A DNA stretch of 64,000 nt from Patescibacteria group bacterium (GCA_023380475.1 JAMCRD010000005.1:16087-80086); one strand, 5' to 3'. Shown: positions 18,062 to 28,381, numbered from the stretch's first letter. Translations and numbers: made by a program. Notes: generated by a model from the sequence alone, not told the origin.

Positions 18062-19502
18062 AAAAATTTATATCACGACGGCCATTGACTACGTCAATGA
18101 CGTCATCCATATCGGTCACGCTTATCAGAAAGTGGTAGCTGACGTATTGAGCCGGCACTACCGCCGGAAGTTAGGGGAGGACAGGGTTTATTTCCTCACC
18201 GGCACTGATGAGCATGGTCAGAAAGTTGAAGAAGCTGCGCGTAAATCAGGTCAAAGCGTTAAAGCCTTCGTCGATGCGATTGCCTTAGCCGATCAGAAGG
18301 AACAGGATGCCTTAAACGTCTCTTACGACCGCTTTATGCGGACGACCGATCCAGACCATATAGCTCTGGTTAACGAGTTTTGGCAGCGTTCATTCGACCA
18401 GGGTGACCTCTATCTAGGCGATTTTGATGGTTTGTACTGCATGGGCTGTGAAGAGTTCAAAACCAAAAGTGAGCTGGTCGACGGGCGTTGCCCGTTGCAT
18501 CCGTTGCAAGAATTGGAAGTTATCCGGGAGAAGAATTATTTCTTCAGGTGGAGCAAGTACCGCGATTTTCTTAGAAAGTGGATCGTCGGTCATCCTGAAT
18601 CTGTCCTGCCGGAGACGCGCCGCAATGAGGTTTTAGCTTTCGTAGACAAGATTGAGGACATTACCGTCTCGCGTAAGAAGGAAAGTGTTGGATGGGGCAT
18701 CCCCGTGCCGGGCGATTCGAGCCAGGTTATATATGTCTGGTTTGATGCTCTGATTAACTACCTGACAGCTGGCTTGCAGAACGGTTTTTGGGACGATGAT
18801 ACCCGGATTATCCATATCCTGGGCAAGGATAACCTGCGCTGGCATGCTCTGCTTTGGCCAGCGATGCTGCAAAGTGCCGGCTATCGGCTGCCAGATACGG
18901 TTTACGCTCACGGTTTCCTGACCCTCAATGGCCGCAAGGTGAGCAAGTCATTGGGTAACATTATCAGGCCTAGCGAATTGGTGAAAGATTTTGGTTGCGA
19001 CCCCATCCGCTATTATCTCCTCAGATATACGGGCCTTAGTGAAGACAGTGACATTTCTGTTGCTAAGATAGCGGACGCTTACAATGCCGATCTAGCGAAT
19101 GGCCTAGGCAATTTCGCGGCGCGGACTCTCGCACTGGGTGAACAGCTTGGTAAAATACCTGCCGAGAAAGTTTCGGCGGAAGTGGAAAACAAAATAAACC
19201 AAACTAGGGAAACTTTGGATACCAAAGCTGAAAGTTTTAATCTTCACGATGCTGTCGGTGCGATCTGGGAGCTTATTGAATTCGGCGATGGTTATGTGAA
19301 CACCAAGAAACCGTGGGCGATTACCGGTCGGGAAGAGAAACTCAGAGTTGTTTTTGATCTGGTTGCTATCCTAGATAACGTCGCTTCGATGCTCATCCCA
19401 TTCTTGCCAGAGACATCTGCTAAGATAACCAAAAGTATCATCTGGGAGGGGAACTCCATCAGTATGAAGAAAACTGAAGTCCTCTTCCCACGCCGCTCCT
19501 AA
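18033..19502 (+). CDS. metG: methionyl-tRNA synthetase
   Basis: HIGH motif (DVIHIGHAY), KMSKS-type motif (KVSKSLGN), zinc knuckle CMGCEEF...CPLH. Confidence 0.9.
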   Translation: MNAVKQSKSKKIYITTAIDYVNDVIHIGHAYQKVVADVLSRHYRRKLGEDRVYFLTGTDEHGQKVEEAARKSGQSVKAFVDAIALADQKEQDALNVSYDRFMRTTDPDHIALVNEFWQRSFDQGDLYLGDFDGLYCMGCEEFKTKSELVDGRCPLHPLQELEVIREKNYFFRWSKYRDFLRKWIVGHPESVLPETRRNEVLAFVDKIEDITVSRKKESVGWGIPVPGDSSQVIYVWFDALINYLTAGLQNGFWDDDTRIIHILGKDNLRWHALLWPAMLQSAGYRLPDTVYAHGFLTLNGRKVSKSLGNIIRPSELVKDFGCDPIRYYLLRYTGLSEDSDISVAKIADAYNADLANGLGNFAARTLALGEQLGKIPAEKVSAEVENKINQTRETLDTKAESFNLHDAVGAIWELIEFGDGYVNTKKPWAITGREEKLRVVFDLVAILDNVASMLIPFLPETSAKITKSIIWEGNSISMKKTEVLFPRRS

Positions 19503-20339
19503 ATGCCAAAGTTGATTGACGTTCATACTCACACTCAGTTCGCAGCTTTCGCGGGCGACTACGCTGAAGTGATCCAGCGTGCTTTAGATAAAGGCATCTG
19601 GCTGGTTAACGCTGGTACCCAGCGTGATACTTCGGCCCGGGCCGTAGAAATTGCGGAGAGCTACCGAGAAGGGGTTTATGCCACAATAGCTTTGCATCCT
19701 ATACATACTGAGAAGTCTCACCACGACTTCAAGGAGCTGGGTGAGGGAGAAGAGGCCAAAGCTTTCATTTCTAGGGGAGAGGACTTCGATTATGGCTACT
19801 ACCTGGAGTTGGGGCGCAGTGAAAAAGTTGTAGGCGTGGGCGAGTGCGGGCTTGATTATTATCGCTTGGAGGCAGAATCCCAAAAAAGGCAGGAAACCGC
19901 TCTCGTGTCGCAGATAAAGCTGGCCAAGGATTTAGGTAAGCCATTGATTATTCACTGCCGCAACGCCTTCGCTGACCTCATCGCTATACTGAAGCGAGAA
20001 AGAGAGTTGTTGCTGGATCGTAATCCTGGAGTTATCCATTTCTTTACGGGCACGCCGCGCGAAGCCGAAGAGATCAAAGAGATGGGCTTCTACTTTTCAT
20101 TCGGCGGCGTAATAACTTTTGCTAGGGATTACGACCAAGCCATAAAGTCTATTGGTCTGGAACGCGTCTTGTTGGAAACCGACGCTCCCTATGTGGCCCC
20201 CGCACCTTACCGCGGCAAGCGCAACGAGCCGGCCTATGTTAGTTACGTAGCTGAAAAAATGGCTGAAATCTTCGGAATTAGTTCGGAAGAGGCTTCTGCG
20301 GTTACAACCGCTAATGCCCGAAAGGTATTGAGGATATAG
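19503..20339 (+). CDS. tatD: TatD-family metal-dependent DNase/hydrolase
   Basis: N-terminal LIDVHTHTQF and the conserved TatD His/Glu/Asp pattern. Abuts the metG stop. Confidence 0.85.
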   Translation: MPKLIDVHTHTQFAAFAGDYAEVIQRALDKGIWLVNAGTQRDTSARAVEIAESYREGVYATIALHPIHTEKSHHDFKELGEGEEAKAFISRGEDFDYGYYLELGRSEKVVGVGECGLDYYRLEAESQKRQETALVSQIKLAKDLGKPLIIHCRNAFADLIAILKRERELLLDRNPGVIHFFTGTPREAEEIKEMGFYFSFGGVITFARDYDQAIKSIGLERVLLETDAPYVAPAPYRGKRNEPAYVSYVAEKMAEIFGISSEEASAVTTANARKVLRI

Positions 20340-20364
20340 CCCTTGGGCGTGTAGGATTAAGGCA

Positions 20365-22803
20365 ATGTATCCGTTTTCCAAAATAGAAAAGAAGTGGCAG
20401 AAAAAGTGGTTTAGCTCCGGAGTATATGAGCCCGATCTGCAGTCGGCCAAGCATCCTTTCTATACTTTGATGATGTTTCCATACCCTTCCGCCGAAGGAC
20501 TGCATGTCGGTAATATGTATGCTTTCACCGGGACGGATATCTACGGGCGTTTCAAGAGGATGCAAGGCTACGATGTTTTCGAACCAATCGGTTTGGACGG
20601 CTTTGGAATACACTCGGAGAACTACGCAATTAAGATTGGCAGGCACCCTGTCGATCAGGCTAAGACTTCAGAGAAGAAGTTCTACAACCAGCTTCACATG
20701 ATCGGCAACGGTTTTGCGTGGCAAGAACATCTCGAGACTTACGATCCGGAGTATTACCGTTGGACGCAGTGGCTATTCGTCCAGATGTTCAAGAAAGGGC
20801 TGGCTTACCGCAAGAAGCAGGCGGTCAACTGGTGCCCTTCTTGTAAAACGGTTCTGGCTGATGAACAGGTTATTGCCGGCGAGTGTGAACGCTGCGGCAG
20901 TCTGGTGGTGAAACGTGAATTGGAACAATGGTTTTTCAGAATTACCGATTATGCCGGCAGGCTTAACGACAACCTATCCAAGATAGATTGGTCTGAGAAA
21001 GTGAAAATCGCCCAGCGGAACTGGATCGGCAAATCGGAGGGGGCGCTGATCAAGTTCCCAATCGTAGACTCAGAAGAATCAATAGAAGTTTTCACGACTA
21101 GACCGGACACGCTGTTCGGTGCGACCTATATGGTTATTGCTCCCGAACACCCGTTTGTTGAAAAAAATAAGTCCAAGCTGACCAATCTGCTGGAGGTAAA
21201 CAAATATCTGAAGGAAGCCAGGGATAAGTCGGAAGCCGAGCGCATCGAGGAAGGAGGTGAGAAATCAGGCGTCGAGCTCAAAGGCGTACAAGCGATCAAT
21301 CCCGCTAACCGCAAGAGCGTGCCGATATGGGTGGCAGACTATGTCCTATCCGGTTACGGCACGGGGGCTATTATGGCTGTTCCAGCACACGATGAACGTG
21401 ACTTGGAATTTGCCCGAAAGTTTAAACTGCCGATTGTGCCGGTTGTGACTACCAAGCTTAACGACGAATTCAACGCCACCGGCCTGTATGTCGGTTACGG
21501 CACGCTTGAAAACTCAGGCCAATTTAACGGCATGGACTCCGAGAAGGCTAAGTGGGAGATCACAAAATTCGTAGGCGGCAAAAAGAAAACCCAGTATCGT
21601 CTCCGTGACTGGCTGATCTCGCGCCAGCGTTATTGGGGACCGCCCATCCCTATGATCCACTGCGACAAGTGCGAGCAAGCTGGGAGGGGAGAGCGGAAGG
21701 ACATGCCCGGCTGGTACGCTGTTCCAGAAAAAGACTTGCCCGTGAAGCTGCCTTATGTAAAAGACTTCCGTCCGACTGGCACCGACAAGTCGCCGCTGGC
21801 CTCGGTAGAGGAATTCTACCGGGCGAGATGCCCAAAGTGCCATGCTTTGGCACACCGCGAGACTGACGTTTCTGACACCTTCCTCGACTCCGCTTGGTAT
21901 TACCTGCGTTATCCGTCGATTAAGGAAAAGAAGCATGCTTGGGACGCAAAGCTTACCAAGAAATGGCTGCCGGTAAACATATATATAGGTGGGGCAGAGC
22001 ATGCCGTGCTGCATCTTCTGTATGTCAGATTCTTAGCTATGGCCTTAAACGATATGAGGCTGGTGGATTTTGAAGAACCATTCCCGAAGTTCCGGGCTCA
22101 CGGTCTTATCATTAAGGATGGAGCCAAGATGTCAAAGTCCAAGGGCAATGTCATTAACCCCGACGACTATATAAAGAATTTCGGCGCTGATGCCCTGCGG
22201 ATGTATCTGATGTTTATAGGTCCGTTTGAAGACGGGGGAGATTTCCGTGACAGTGGCATCCAGGGTATCACCAGGTTCCTGGATCGTGTCTGGAAATTTG
22301 GCAGCAAAACAAAGTTCGCTGTTAAGAGTCAGGAGGGCATAGAGAAAGAACTTCACCGCACTATTAAAAAAGTCGGCGATGATATCGAAAATCTCGCTTA
22401 CAATACAGCCATAGCAGCTCTCATGGTTCAGCTAAACAAATTCGAAGCTGATCCAGGGGCGGTATCCAAAGAACAGTACGCGGCCTTCATAGAATTGCTG
22501 GCGCCGTTTGCGCCGCACCTAACTGAAGAGATATGGAGTAAGCTACACGGCCCGAAAGCGGGATCGGTTCACGTTGCAACTTGGCCTAAGTACGATCCCA
22601 AGTTACTGGTGGACAGTTCGGTGACGGTTATTGTCCAAGTCAATGGTAAGTTTAGATCTACTGTATCCGTAAGTCGGGGATCGGGCGAAAAAGAAGTCGT
22701 TAAGATTGCTTTGGCAGATCCAAAAATCAAGCAGATTATGGGCAGCCGATATGCCAAGAAGGTAGTTTTCGTAAAGGACCGCCTTGTAAATTTCGTGGTG
22801 TGA
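20365..22803 (+). CDS. leuS: leucyl-tRNA synthetase
   Basis: HVGN (HIGH-type) motif, KMSKSKGN motif, CP1 editing domain, C-terminal tRNA-binding domain. 812 aa. Confidence 0.95.
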   Translation: MYPFSKIEKKWQKKWFSSGVYEPDLQSAKHPFYTLMMFPYPSAEGLHVGNMYAFTGTDIYGRFKRMQGYDVFEPIGLDGFGIHSENYAIKIGRHPVDQAKTSEKKFYNQLHMIGNGFAWQEHLETYDPEYYRWTQWLFVQMFKKGLAYRKKQAVNWCPSCKTVLADEQVIAGECERCGSLVVKRELEQWFFRITDYAGRLNDNLSKIDWSEKVKIAQRNWIGKSEGALIKFPIVDSEESIEVFTTRPDTLFGATYMVIAPEHPFVEKNKSKLTNLLEVNKYLKEARDKSEAERIEEGGEKSGVELKGVQAINPANRKSVPIWVADYVLSGYGTGAIMAVPAHDERDLEFARKFKLPIVPVVTTKLNDEFNATGLYVGYGTLENSGQFNGMDSEKAKWEITKFVGGKKKTQYRLRDWLISRQRYWGPPIPMIHCDKCEQAGRGERKDMPGWYAVPEKDLPVKLPYVKDFRPTGTDKSPLASVEEFYRARCPKCHALAHRETDVSDTFLDSAWYYLRYPSIKEKKHAWDAKLTKKWLPVNIYIGGAEHAVLHLLYVRFLAMALNDMRLVDFEEPFPKFRAHGLIIKDGAKMSKSKGNVINPDDYIKNFGADALRMYLMFIGPFEDGGDFRDSGIQGITRFLDRVWKFGSKTKFAVKSQEGIEKELHRTIKKVGDDIENLAYNTAIAALMVQLNKFEADPGAVSKEQYAAFIELLAPFAPHLTEEIWSKLHGPKAGSVHVATWPKYDPKLLVDSSVTVIVQVNGKFRSTVSVSRGSGEKEVVKIALADPKIKQIMGSRYAKKVVFVKDRLVNFVV

Positions 22804-23086
22804 CCAACTGATTAGCCACCGACTCGCCCAAGCCTGAGGCTACGAGGCTATTGACAGGTAACCTATATTATGCTAGTTTTAGGCAATACTTTCACGCTAC
22901 TCAGGTCGGATTGACCACTTTGGACGGCTCGAAGGCGGGCCGTCGAATAGGGAAAATAGGGCCGGTAGAGACTAGATCAAACCACCAAGGCTTATTTTTA
23001 TTTGTTCTGGAGAGACTGATTACAGTAGTTGCTAAAGGGGTAAAGCGGGCGTTTAAGCCTTCAGTTAAGCTAAGTAAGTACAAAAT

Positions 23087-24142
23087 ATGGGGCATATCAA
23101 GTCAATAAGTGGGATTATAGCGTCTGCCGCCGCCGTGGCTGTTCTAGGTTTAGTCGCGCCGATTGCGCATGCGCAGTACACAACTGTACCGCCTAATCTG
23201 AATTCAAACTATTCTGCTTACGCGACCGGTCCATCGGCTTATACCAATATGGCAGTCAACGTGACCGATGTGTCGGCGACCCTTTCGGGAACAGTCTACC
23301 CCAACGGTTTTGATACCGTGGCTTGGTTCCAATATGGTGAGAGTTCCATTCTTGGCCATAGTACGCCAGCTCAGGATGTGGGCTCAGTCTACTCCATGCC
23401 CGGTTTCACCGCTGTTGTTTCGAATCTTTATCCTACCACTACCTATTACTACCGCTTGGTGGCTGAGAACGCTTTCGGCACCAGCTACGGAACGATCCAG
23501 ACTTTCAATACTTTAAACTACTACTCTTCTTATTCGGCCCCTAATGGCACTGCCAACCCTGGGGCCGTTACTGGTTTGGACGCGCCGGCAACACCTTCGA
23601 TACCATCTAATGTAAACTCGACGCTTAATTCTGTACTGGGATCTATGAATAAGATCCTCCTAAGTATGAAAACCATGTATAACGACAGCCAGACTGCCCA
23701 GGGCAGTGAAGCGCCTTCGGTGGCGGTGGCGGTGACCAAGACCTCATCGTTTACTCTTAAGAGTACCGTGTCGCCTAATGGCTCTAATACCATCGCTTGG
23801 TTTGAGTACGGCTCAAGTACATCCTTGGGCTACAAGACTAATGCTCAAAACGTGGGTTCGGGTACCGCTGTGGTTCCTGTGTCGGCGACCTTGACCGGTC
23901 TTACGCCCAATACCACCTACTACTATCGTGTTGTCGGCAGCAATGCTTACGGTTCTAACAATGGTCCCGTCTTAACTTTCGTCACCGGCAACGGTACGAG
24001 CAATATCGCGGGGCAGGGGCTTAATGACTATACCGCCAGCATACTTTCGTCTTTGAACGGAAGCTGGACCATAATCGGGCTTATCATCTTGGTTCTGATT
24101 GGTGCGGGGGTAGTGATATTCCTTAGGTTCGTACTCAAATAA
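23087..24142 (+). CDS. type-I membrane surface protein with two Fn3-like domains
   Basis: Signal peptide, two repeats ...AWF[QE]YG...TTYYYR[LV]V..NA[FY]G..., C-terminal TM anchor IIGLIILVLIGAGVVIFL. Confidence 0.6.
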   Translation: MGHIKSISGIIASAAAVAVLGLVAPIAHAQYTTVPPNLNSNYSAYATGPSAYTNMAVNVTDVSATLSGTVYPNGFDTVAWFQYGESSILGHSTPAQDVGSVYSMPGFTAVVSNLYPTTTYYYRLVAENAFGTSYGTIQTFNTLNYYSSYSAPNGTANPGAVTGLDAPATPSIPSNVNSTLNSVLGSMNKILLSMKTMYNDSQTAQGSEAPSVAVAVTKTSSFTLKSTVSPNGSNTIAWFEYGSSTSLGYKTNAQNVGSGTAVVPVSATLTGLTPNTTYYYRVVGSNAYGSNNGPVLTFVTGNGTSNIAGQGLNDYTASILSSLNGSWTIIGLIILVLIGAGVVIFLRFVLK

Positions 24143-24318
24143 CTCTCGCCAGCGTTAGCGGTTCAGCCCACACTCCCACGCGGCCTTGCGGGCTGTTTTT
24201 GTTGGCTGGGGGATAGCAGCCCTAGTGCAATATACCTATGCCGTCGGCTGTATTTAGTGTTGAGGGTTCGAAACTTGATTGACTCTGAGTCTTAGCTAAA
24301 ATTTATTAGGAAAGGTCG

Positions 24319-25053
24319 ATGAAATATAAAACAAAACTAATGTCTAAAAACAAAATTTTCGCCGTGATGGGGATTGTTGTTATGACAGCGCTGGCGGTGG
24401 TACCGTCATCTTTTGCTCAGACAGCGTCGACGACTGTTGCAACTGCTAGTTCCCCCTCTGAGCAGATGGTTTTGCAAGTCGGGCCGGGAGGCAAGGTGCT
24501 CATGCGGGGCACTATCGCTTCGGCCTCGAGCGGTGCACTCACTGTAAACAGTTGGGGTGGAGTCTGGACAGTTAACGTCGGTTCAGCAGTGCAAGTCTTG
24601 CCGACGGCAGCTGGCAATGATCTTACCAAGTTCAAAGCGGGGGACTTCGTCGGCATCCTAGGAACAGTATCACAGAGCGCGCCTTGGACGATTGACGCTA
24701 CGCTGGTGCGCGACTGGACTTATCGTTCGGCGGTAACGCAACAGGAAAAACAGAACGCTAATGAAGCTAGCCAGATTAAAAAGGCTAGCGAGCCGCGAGA
24801 TTATGTTGGTACGGCGTCGTCGAGCGTGAGCGGCAACTCATTCACCTTCATGGTCGATGGAATGCCCTATACCGTGAACGTTGACCCTAACGCTGAAGTT
24901 GTTAACCGGAATTGGGTTGGCCTTACCCCGGCTGGCATTCAGAATGGAGACAACGTTCGTGTATGGGGGACTAGCGCCAGCGGCACGATTAGCGCGCAGA
25001 TTATCCGCGATGTCTCGATACCTACGACAGCTAAGGCACCGGCTTCGCACTGA
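24319..25053 (+). CDS. secreted protein with two tandem beta-domains (DUF5666-like)
   Basis: Signal peptide ending SSFAQ. Two repeats of pattern GT...G..LTV....WTVNV......GD.V...GT. Confidence 0.5.
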   Translation: MKYKTKLMSKNKIFAVMGIVVMTALAVVPSSFAQTASTTVATASSPSEQMVLQVGPGGKVLMRGTIASASSGALTVNSWGGVWTVNVGSAVQVLPTAAGNDLTKFKAGDFVGILGTVSQSAPWTIDATLVRDWTYRSAVTQQEKQNANEASQIKKASEPRDYVGTASSSVSGNSFTFMVDGMPYTVNVDPNAEVVNRNWVGLTPAGIQNGDNVRVWGTSASGTISAQIIRDVSIPTTAKAPASH

Positions 25054-25202
25054 TCGCAGTTACCTGTAGGGTGCTTACAAGATCCGCCAGTAAGGCGGAT
25101 TTTGTTTTGCGGCGGTAAACGTTCCGACCTTGGGAGAAAGACATCCTTCTTGCCTATTAGTTGTATAATTATCCATAGAGGTCGAGAACCGCTGAGCAAA
25201 CA

Positions 25203-25745
25203 ATGAACAATAAATATCTCTATATAATTATTGCCGTCTTACTCTTGGTGATTGTAGGTGGTGCAGCGTACTTCATCGGCTGGCGACAAGTGAATACAGG
25301 TACCGTCGGTGGCGAACAAACGCCGACTGCCACCCCAGTGGATCACTCTCCTTCTGGACAGATAGACCAAGTGCTGTTTAATGAATATTTCTCGTCCGTC
25401 TCCTTGGTGAATTTACCAGAGGGAACTAAGCCTGGTCCTGGAATGTCCCTGAAACAGTCATCGGCATTCAACCTCTCCGCAGGGGATCAATTCTGTGTCT
25501 CAATGGACGTGGTGAAGACCATTACCACGAATATCATGAGTATAGCGGTATATGACAACGATACTGGATCCTATGCTATAAACAAGCAACGTGCCGGAGG
25601 CCCGCCTACGCTGTCAGTTGGAAATAACTTTGGCTGCGAGTCGCTCTACGTCAGCCAAGACAAACTGCTCGCTGCCGGCAACTACGAATATGAGCTTTAC
25701 TTAGACAATACTCTAGTTGCAGTGCTGCCTTTCACAGTGCAGTGA
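25203..25745 (+). CDS. hypothetical N-terminally anchored membrane protein
   Basis: TM helix LYIIIAVLLLVIVGGAAYFIGW followed by a soluble domain. No recognizable motif. Confidence 0.5.
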   Translation: MNNKYLYIIIAVLLLVIVGGAAYFIGWRQVNTGTVGGEQTPTATPVDHSPSGQIDQVLFNEYFSSVSLVNLPEGTKPGPGMSLKQSSAFNLSAGDQFCVSMDVVKTITTNIMSIAVYDNDTGSYAINKQRAGGPPTLSVGNNFGCESLYVSQDKLLAAGNYEYELYLDNTLVAVLPFTVQ

Positions 25746-25803
25746 CAATCGGCCGTGCGAAGCGTGGTCGCTCGCGGTGGGAAATAATCTTCAACCAAAT
25801 CTG

Positions 25804-25890
25804 CGGAGGCGGAAGGATTCGAACCTTCGATGCCCTTTCGGACATAATGGTTTTCAAGACCATCCGTTTCAGCCACTCGCGCACGCCTCC
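25804..25890 (-). tRNA. tRNA-Ser(TGA)
   Basis: Reverse complement: acceptor GGAGGCG/CGCCTCC, anticodon loop CTTGAAA (TGA), long variable arm, T-arm GAAGGTTCGAATCCTTC. Confidence 0.8.
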
Positions 25891-26117
25891 ACTGGATTAG
25901 CTCTGATAGATAGTAACTGTCTTGCTTAATAATTTAAAGCACGGCAAGTTCAATGTATTGAACACGGGGTCTACTAAAACGGTTCTACAGGGTTCAAATA
26001 GGTCCGAGGACGGTCGGCAAAAGTTCCAGGAAAATAGAATATAAGGGAGTGTGTCGCATTGATTATTTGTCGGCTGATATTTACAATGAGTTGAAAATAA
26101 TTTGAGATTATAAGTAA

Positions 26118-26190
26118 GGGCCGTTAGCTCATTCGGCAGAGCGCTACTATGGCATAGTAGAGGTGACCGGTTCGAATCCGGTACGGTCCA
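26118..26190 (+). tRNA. tRNA-Ala(GGC)
   Basis: Acceptor GGGCCGT/ACGGTCC with a G3-U70-type wobble, anticodon loop ATGGCAT (GGC), T-arm CCGGTTCGAATCCGG. Confidence 0.75.
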
Positions 26191-26197
26191 CAAAAAG

Positions 26198-26878
26198 ATG
26201 GATCTTAAGGATAAAGTGGTGGTAGTAACTGGGGCTAGCAGGGGCTTGGGTAAGGCCATAGCAGCTACCCTTATCACCAAAGGTTCGAAAGTCGTTGTAA
26301 GCTCTCAGTCGGGGGATGAACTTGGACAGATGGCGGCGGAAATAAAAGCGGTTGCAGTTGCTGCTGACGTTACTAGCAAGGTTGCCATCCAAAACCTAGC
26401 AGACCAGGTTATTGAAAAGTTCGGCCGTATCGACATTTGGATAAACAATGCCGGTATCGATGCACCCAGTTCATCCATCGAGAACCTGGATATAGCGCGC
26501 CTGCATGCGATGCTAGAAGTTAATCTCTTCGGAGTCATTTATGGATCGCAGTCCGCATTGGTCCAGATGAAAACACAGCATTATGGCATGATCGTTAATA
26601 TAATCTCCAGAAGTTCACTCGCTGGCCGGCCTGAAACCGCTGGCTACTCTGCCAGCAAATGGGCTGAGAGAGGATTTACGGAATCGTTACGGCTGGCCGC
26701 TAAACCTTACAACATTGAAGTCATGGCGGTGTATCCTGCCGGCATAAAGACGGACTTATTCGGTAGAAACAAACCTGCGGACTACGACACATATATGGAG
26801 CCGCAATATGTCGCCGACAAAATCGTTGAGAATATTGAGAAAGGTACCTCCGAGGAGGAGCTCTTAATTGAGAAATAA
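26198..26878 (+). CDS. short-chain dehydrogenase/reductase (SDR) family oxidoreductase
   Basis: NAD(P)-binding VTGASRGLGKAIA and catalytic YSASKWA (YxxxK). Confidence 0.85.
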   Translation: MDLKDKVVVVTGASRGLGKAIAATLITKGSKVVVSSQSGDELGQMAAEIKAVAVAADVTSKVAIQNLADQVIEKFGRIDIWINNAGIDAPSSSIENLDIARLHAMLEVNLFGVIYGSQSALVQMKTQHYGMIVNIISRSSLAGRPETAGYSASKWAERGFTESLRLAAKPYNIEVMAVYPAGIKTDLFGRNKPADYDTYMEPQYVADKIVENIEKGTSEEELLIEK

Positions 26879-26908
26879 GCCTAAATCCGGTAATCTAAGT
26901 TTTTAGGT

Positions 26909-26979
26909 GGGCCTATAGTTCAGTGGTAGAACACCACATTTGCAATGTGGTAGCGCCAGTTCGATTCTGGCTAGGTCCA
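26909..26979 (+). tRNA. tRNA-Ala(TGC)
   Basis: Acceptor GGGCCTA/TAGGTCC, anticodon loop TTTGCAA (TGC), T-arm CCAGTTCGATTCTGG. Confidence 0.8.
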
Positions 26980-26983
26980 CACT

Positions 26984-28123
26984 CTAGTTATGTATGGCTT
27001 TGGCGACGGTGGCCGCTATACCCTCTTCGAAAATGCTGGGTAGGATACGTTGCGGATCTGGCTTGGCTACGATTGCTGCCAGGGCTTCGGCCGCTGCTAT
27101 AAACATATTGTCATTGAACTGTATAACGCCATTATCTAAAGCGCCTCTGAATATCCCTGGGAAAGCTAGGACATTGTTAACCTGATTAGGAAGATCTGAA
27201 CGGCCAGTCGCAACTATAAACGCCCCAGCTTTAATGGCTAAATCCGGCATGATCTCCGGAACAGGATTGGCTAGGGCGAATACAGCCGATTTCCGGTTCA
27301 TGGTTTTAATCATAGCCTCGTTAAGGATATTACCTTTACTTAAGCCTATAAAAATATCGGCGCCCTTCAGGGCTTCAGCCAATGACCCCGTAACATTGCG
27401 CGGATTGGTTATTTCGGCCAATCTCGTTTTTTCCGGGTTAAGATCGGTTCGGGCCTTGTGTATCGGCCCCTTGCTGTCCAAAATGGTTATATCCTTGAAG
27501 CCGTATCGGGCGAGTAACTTAGTTACTGTTGCTCCTGCTGCCCCTGCGCCATTTACGACTAAGCGCACATTCTCTTTGGCTGAGCCGAGTACCTTAAGCG
27601 AGTTTATCATCCCAGCCAAGACTACGACGGCTGTGCCGTGCTGATCATCGTGCATGACGGGGATAGACAGCTCTTTTTGCAGTTTGCGCTCCACTTCAAA
27701 ACAATGCGGGGCGGCGATGTCTTCCAGATTTATTCCTCCGAACACTGGAGCGATATATTTTACGGCCCGTACTATTTCATCGACGTTTTGAGTAGCCAGA
27801 CAGATCGGGAAAGCATCAACGTTTGCAAACCGTTTAAATAAAACAGCCTTACCCTCCATAACCGGTATAGCCGCTTCCGGTCCAAGGTTGCCAAGGCCCA
27901 ATATGGCCGATCCATCGGACACTATGGCGATCGTATTTCTTTTGAGGGTGTATTCGTTGGCTAAATTAGGATTATTGCCTATTTCGGTGCTTACCGCTCC
28001 GACACCGGGAGTGTAAACAAGGGAGAGGTCTTCCTTGTTCTTTATCGGCATCTTGCTCTTTATCTCGAGCTTGCCGTGGTATTTGCGGTGTAGCTCCAAT
28101 GAATCTTCGTATACCTTGTCCAT
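26984..28123 (-). CDS. NAD(P)-dependent malic enzyme (malate dehydrogenase, decarboxylating)
   Basis: Small-type malic enzyme: LSLVYTPGVG, IAIVSDGSAILGLGNLG, NAD-binding GAGAAG. Confidence 0.9.
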   Translation of the reverse strand: MDKVYEDSLELHRKYHGKLEIKSKMPIKNKEDLSLVYTPGVGAVSTEIGNNPNLANEYTLKRNTIAIVSDGSAILGLGNLGPEAAIPVMEGKAVLFKRFANVDAFPICLATQNVDEIVRAVKYIAPVFGGINLEDIAAPHCFEVERKLQKELSIPVMHDDQHGTAVVVLAGMINSLKVLGSAKENVRLVVNGAGAAGATVTKLLARYGFKDITILDSKGPIHKARTDLNPEKTRLAEITNPRNVTGSLAEALKGADIFIGLSKGNILNEAMIKTMNRKSAVFALANPVPEIMPDLAIKAGAFIVATGRSDLPNQVNNVLAFPGIFRGALDNGVIQFNDNMFIAAAEALAAIVAKPDPQRILPSIFEEGIAATVAKAIHN

Positions 28124-28234
28124 AGTGTTTTACATATTACACCAACTGAAGGATGTATCTATGTCTAATATTTAGTATCGCGGTTATACTTGATCTAAGG
28201 ACTGTCGTAGGTTAAAACTCGTGGAGACGGTTCA

Positions 28235-28321
28235 GGCGAGGTGGCTGAGAGGCCGAAGGCGCCGCACTCGAAATGCGGTATACTCGAAAGGGTATCGTGA
28301 GTTCGAATCTCACCCTCGCCG
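28235..28321 (+). tRNA. tRNA-Ser(CGA)
   Basis: Acceptor GGCGAGG/CCTCGCC, anticodon loop CTCGAAA (CGA), long variable arm, T-arm GTGAGTTCGAATCTCAC. Confidence 0.8.
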
Positions 28322-28381
28322 CTGCGAAACAAATCCGGCAGTGACACTTTCATCCACTCGGAGCCGTGTTCCAATACCATA

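Noticed and set aside
22880-22990. Possible SRP (4.5S) RNA because of CTCAGGTCGGA
   Set aside because: Lacks the conserved GGAAGGAAGCAGC domain-IV core. Kept only as a generic structured leader.
25897-26392. Three overlapping minus-strand ORFs (127, 81 aa etc.)
   Set aside because: They span the tRNA-Ser/tRNA-Ala spacer and the tRNA-Ala gene and run antisense into the SDR gene. No domain signal.
28195-28380. 61-aa minus-strand ORF
   Set aside because: Antisense to tRNA-Ser(CGA).
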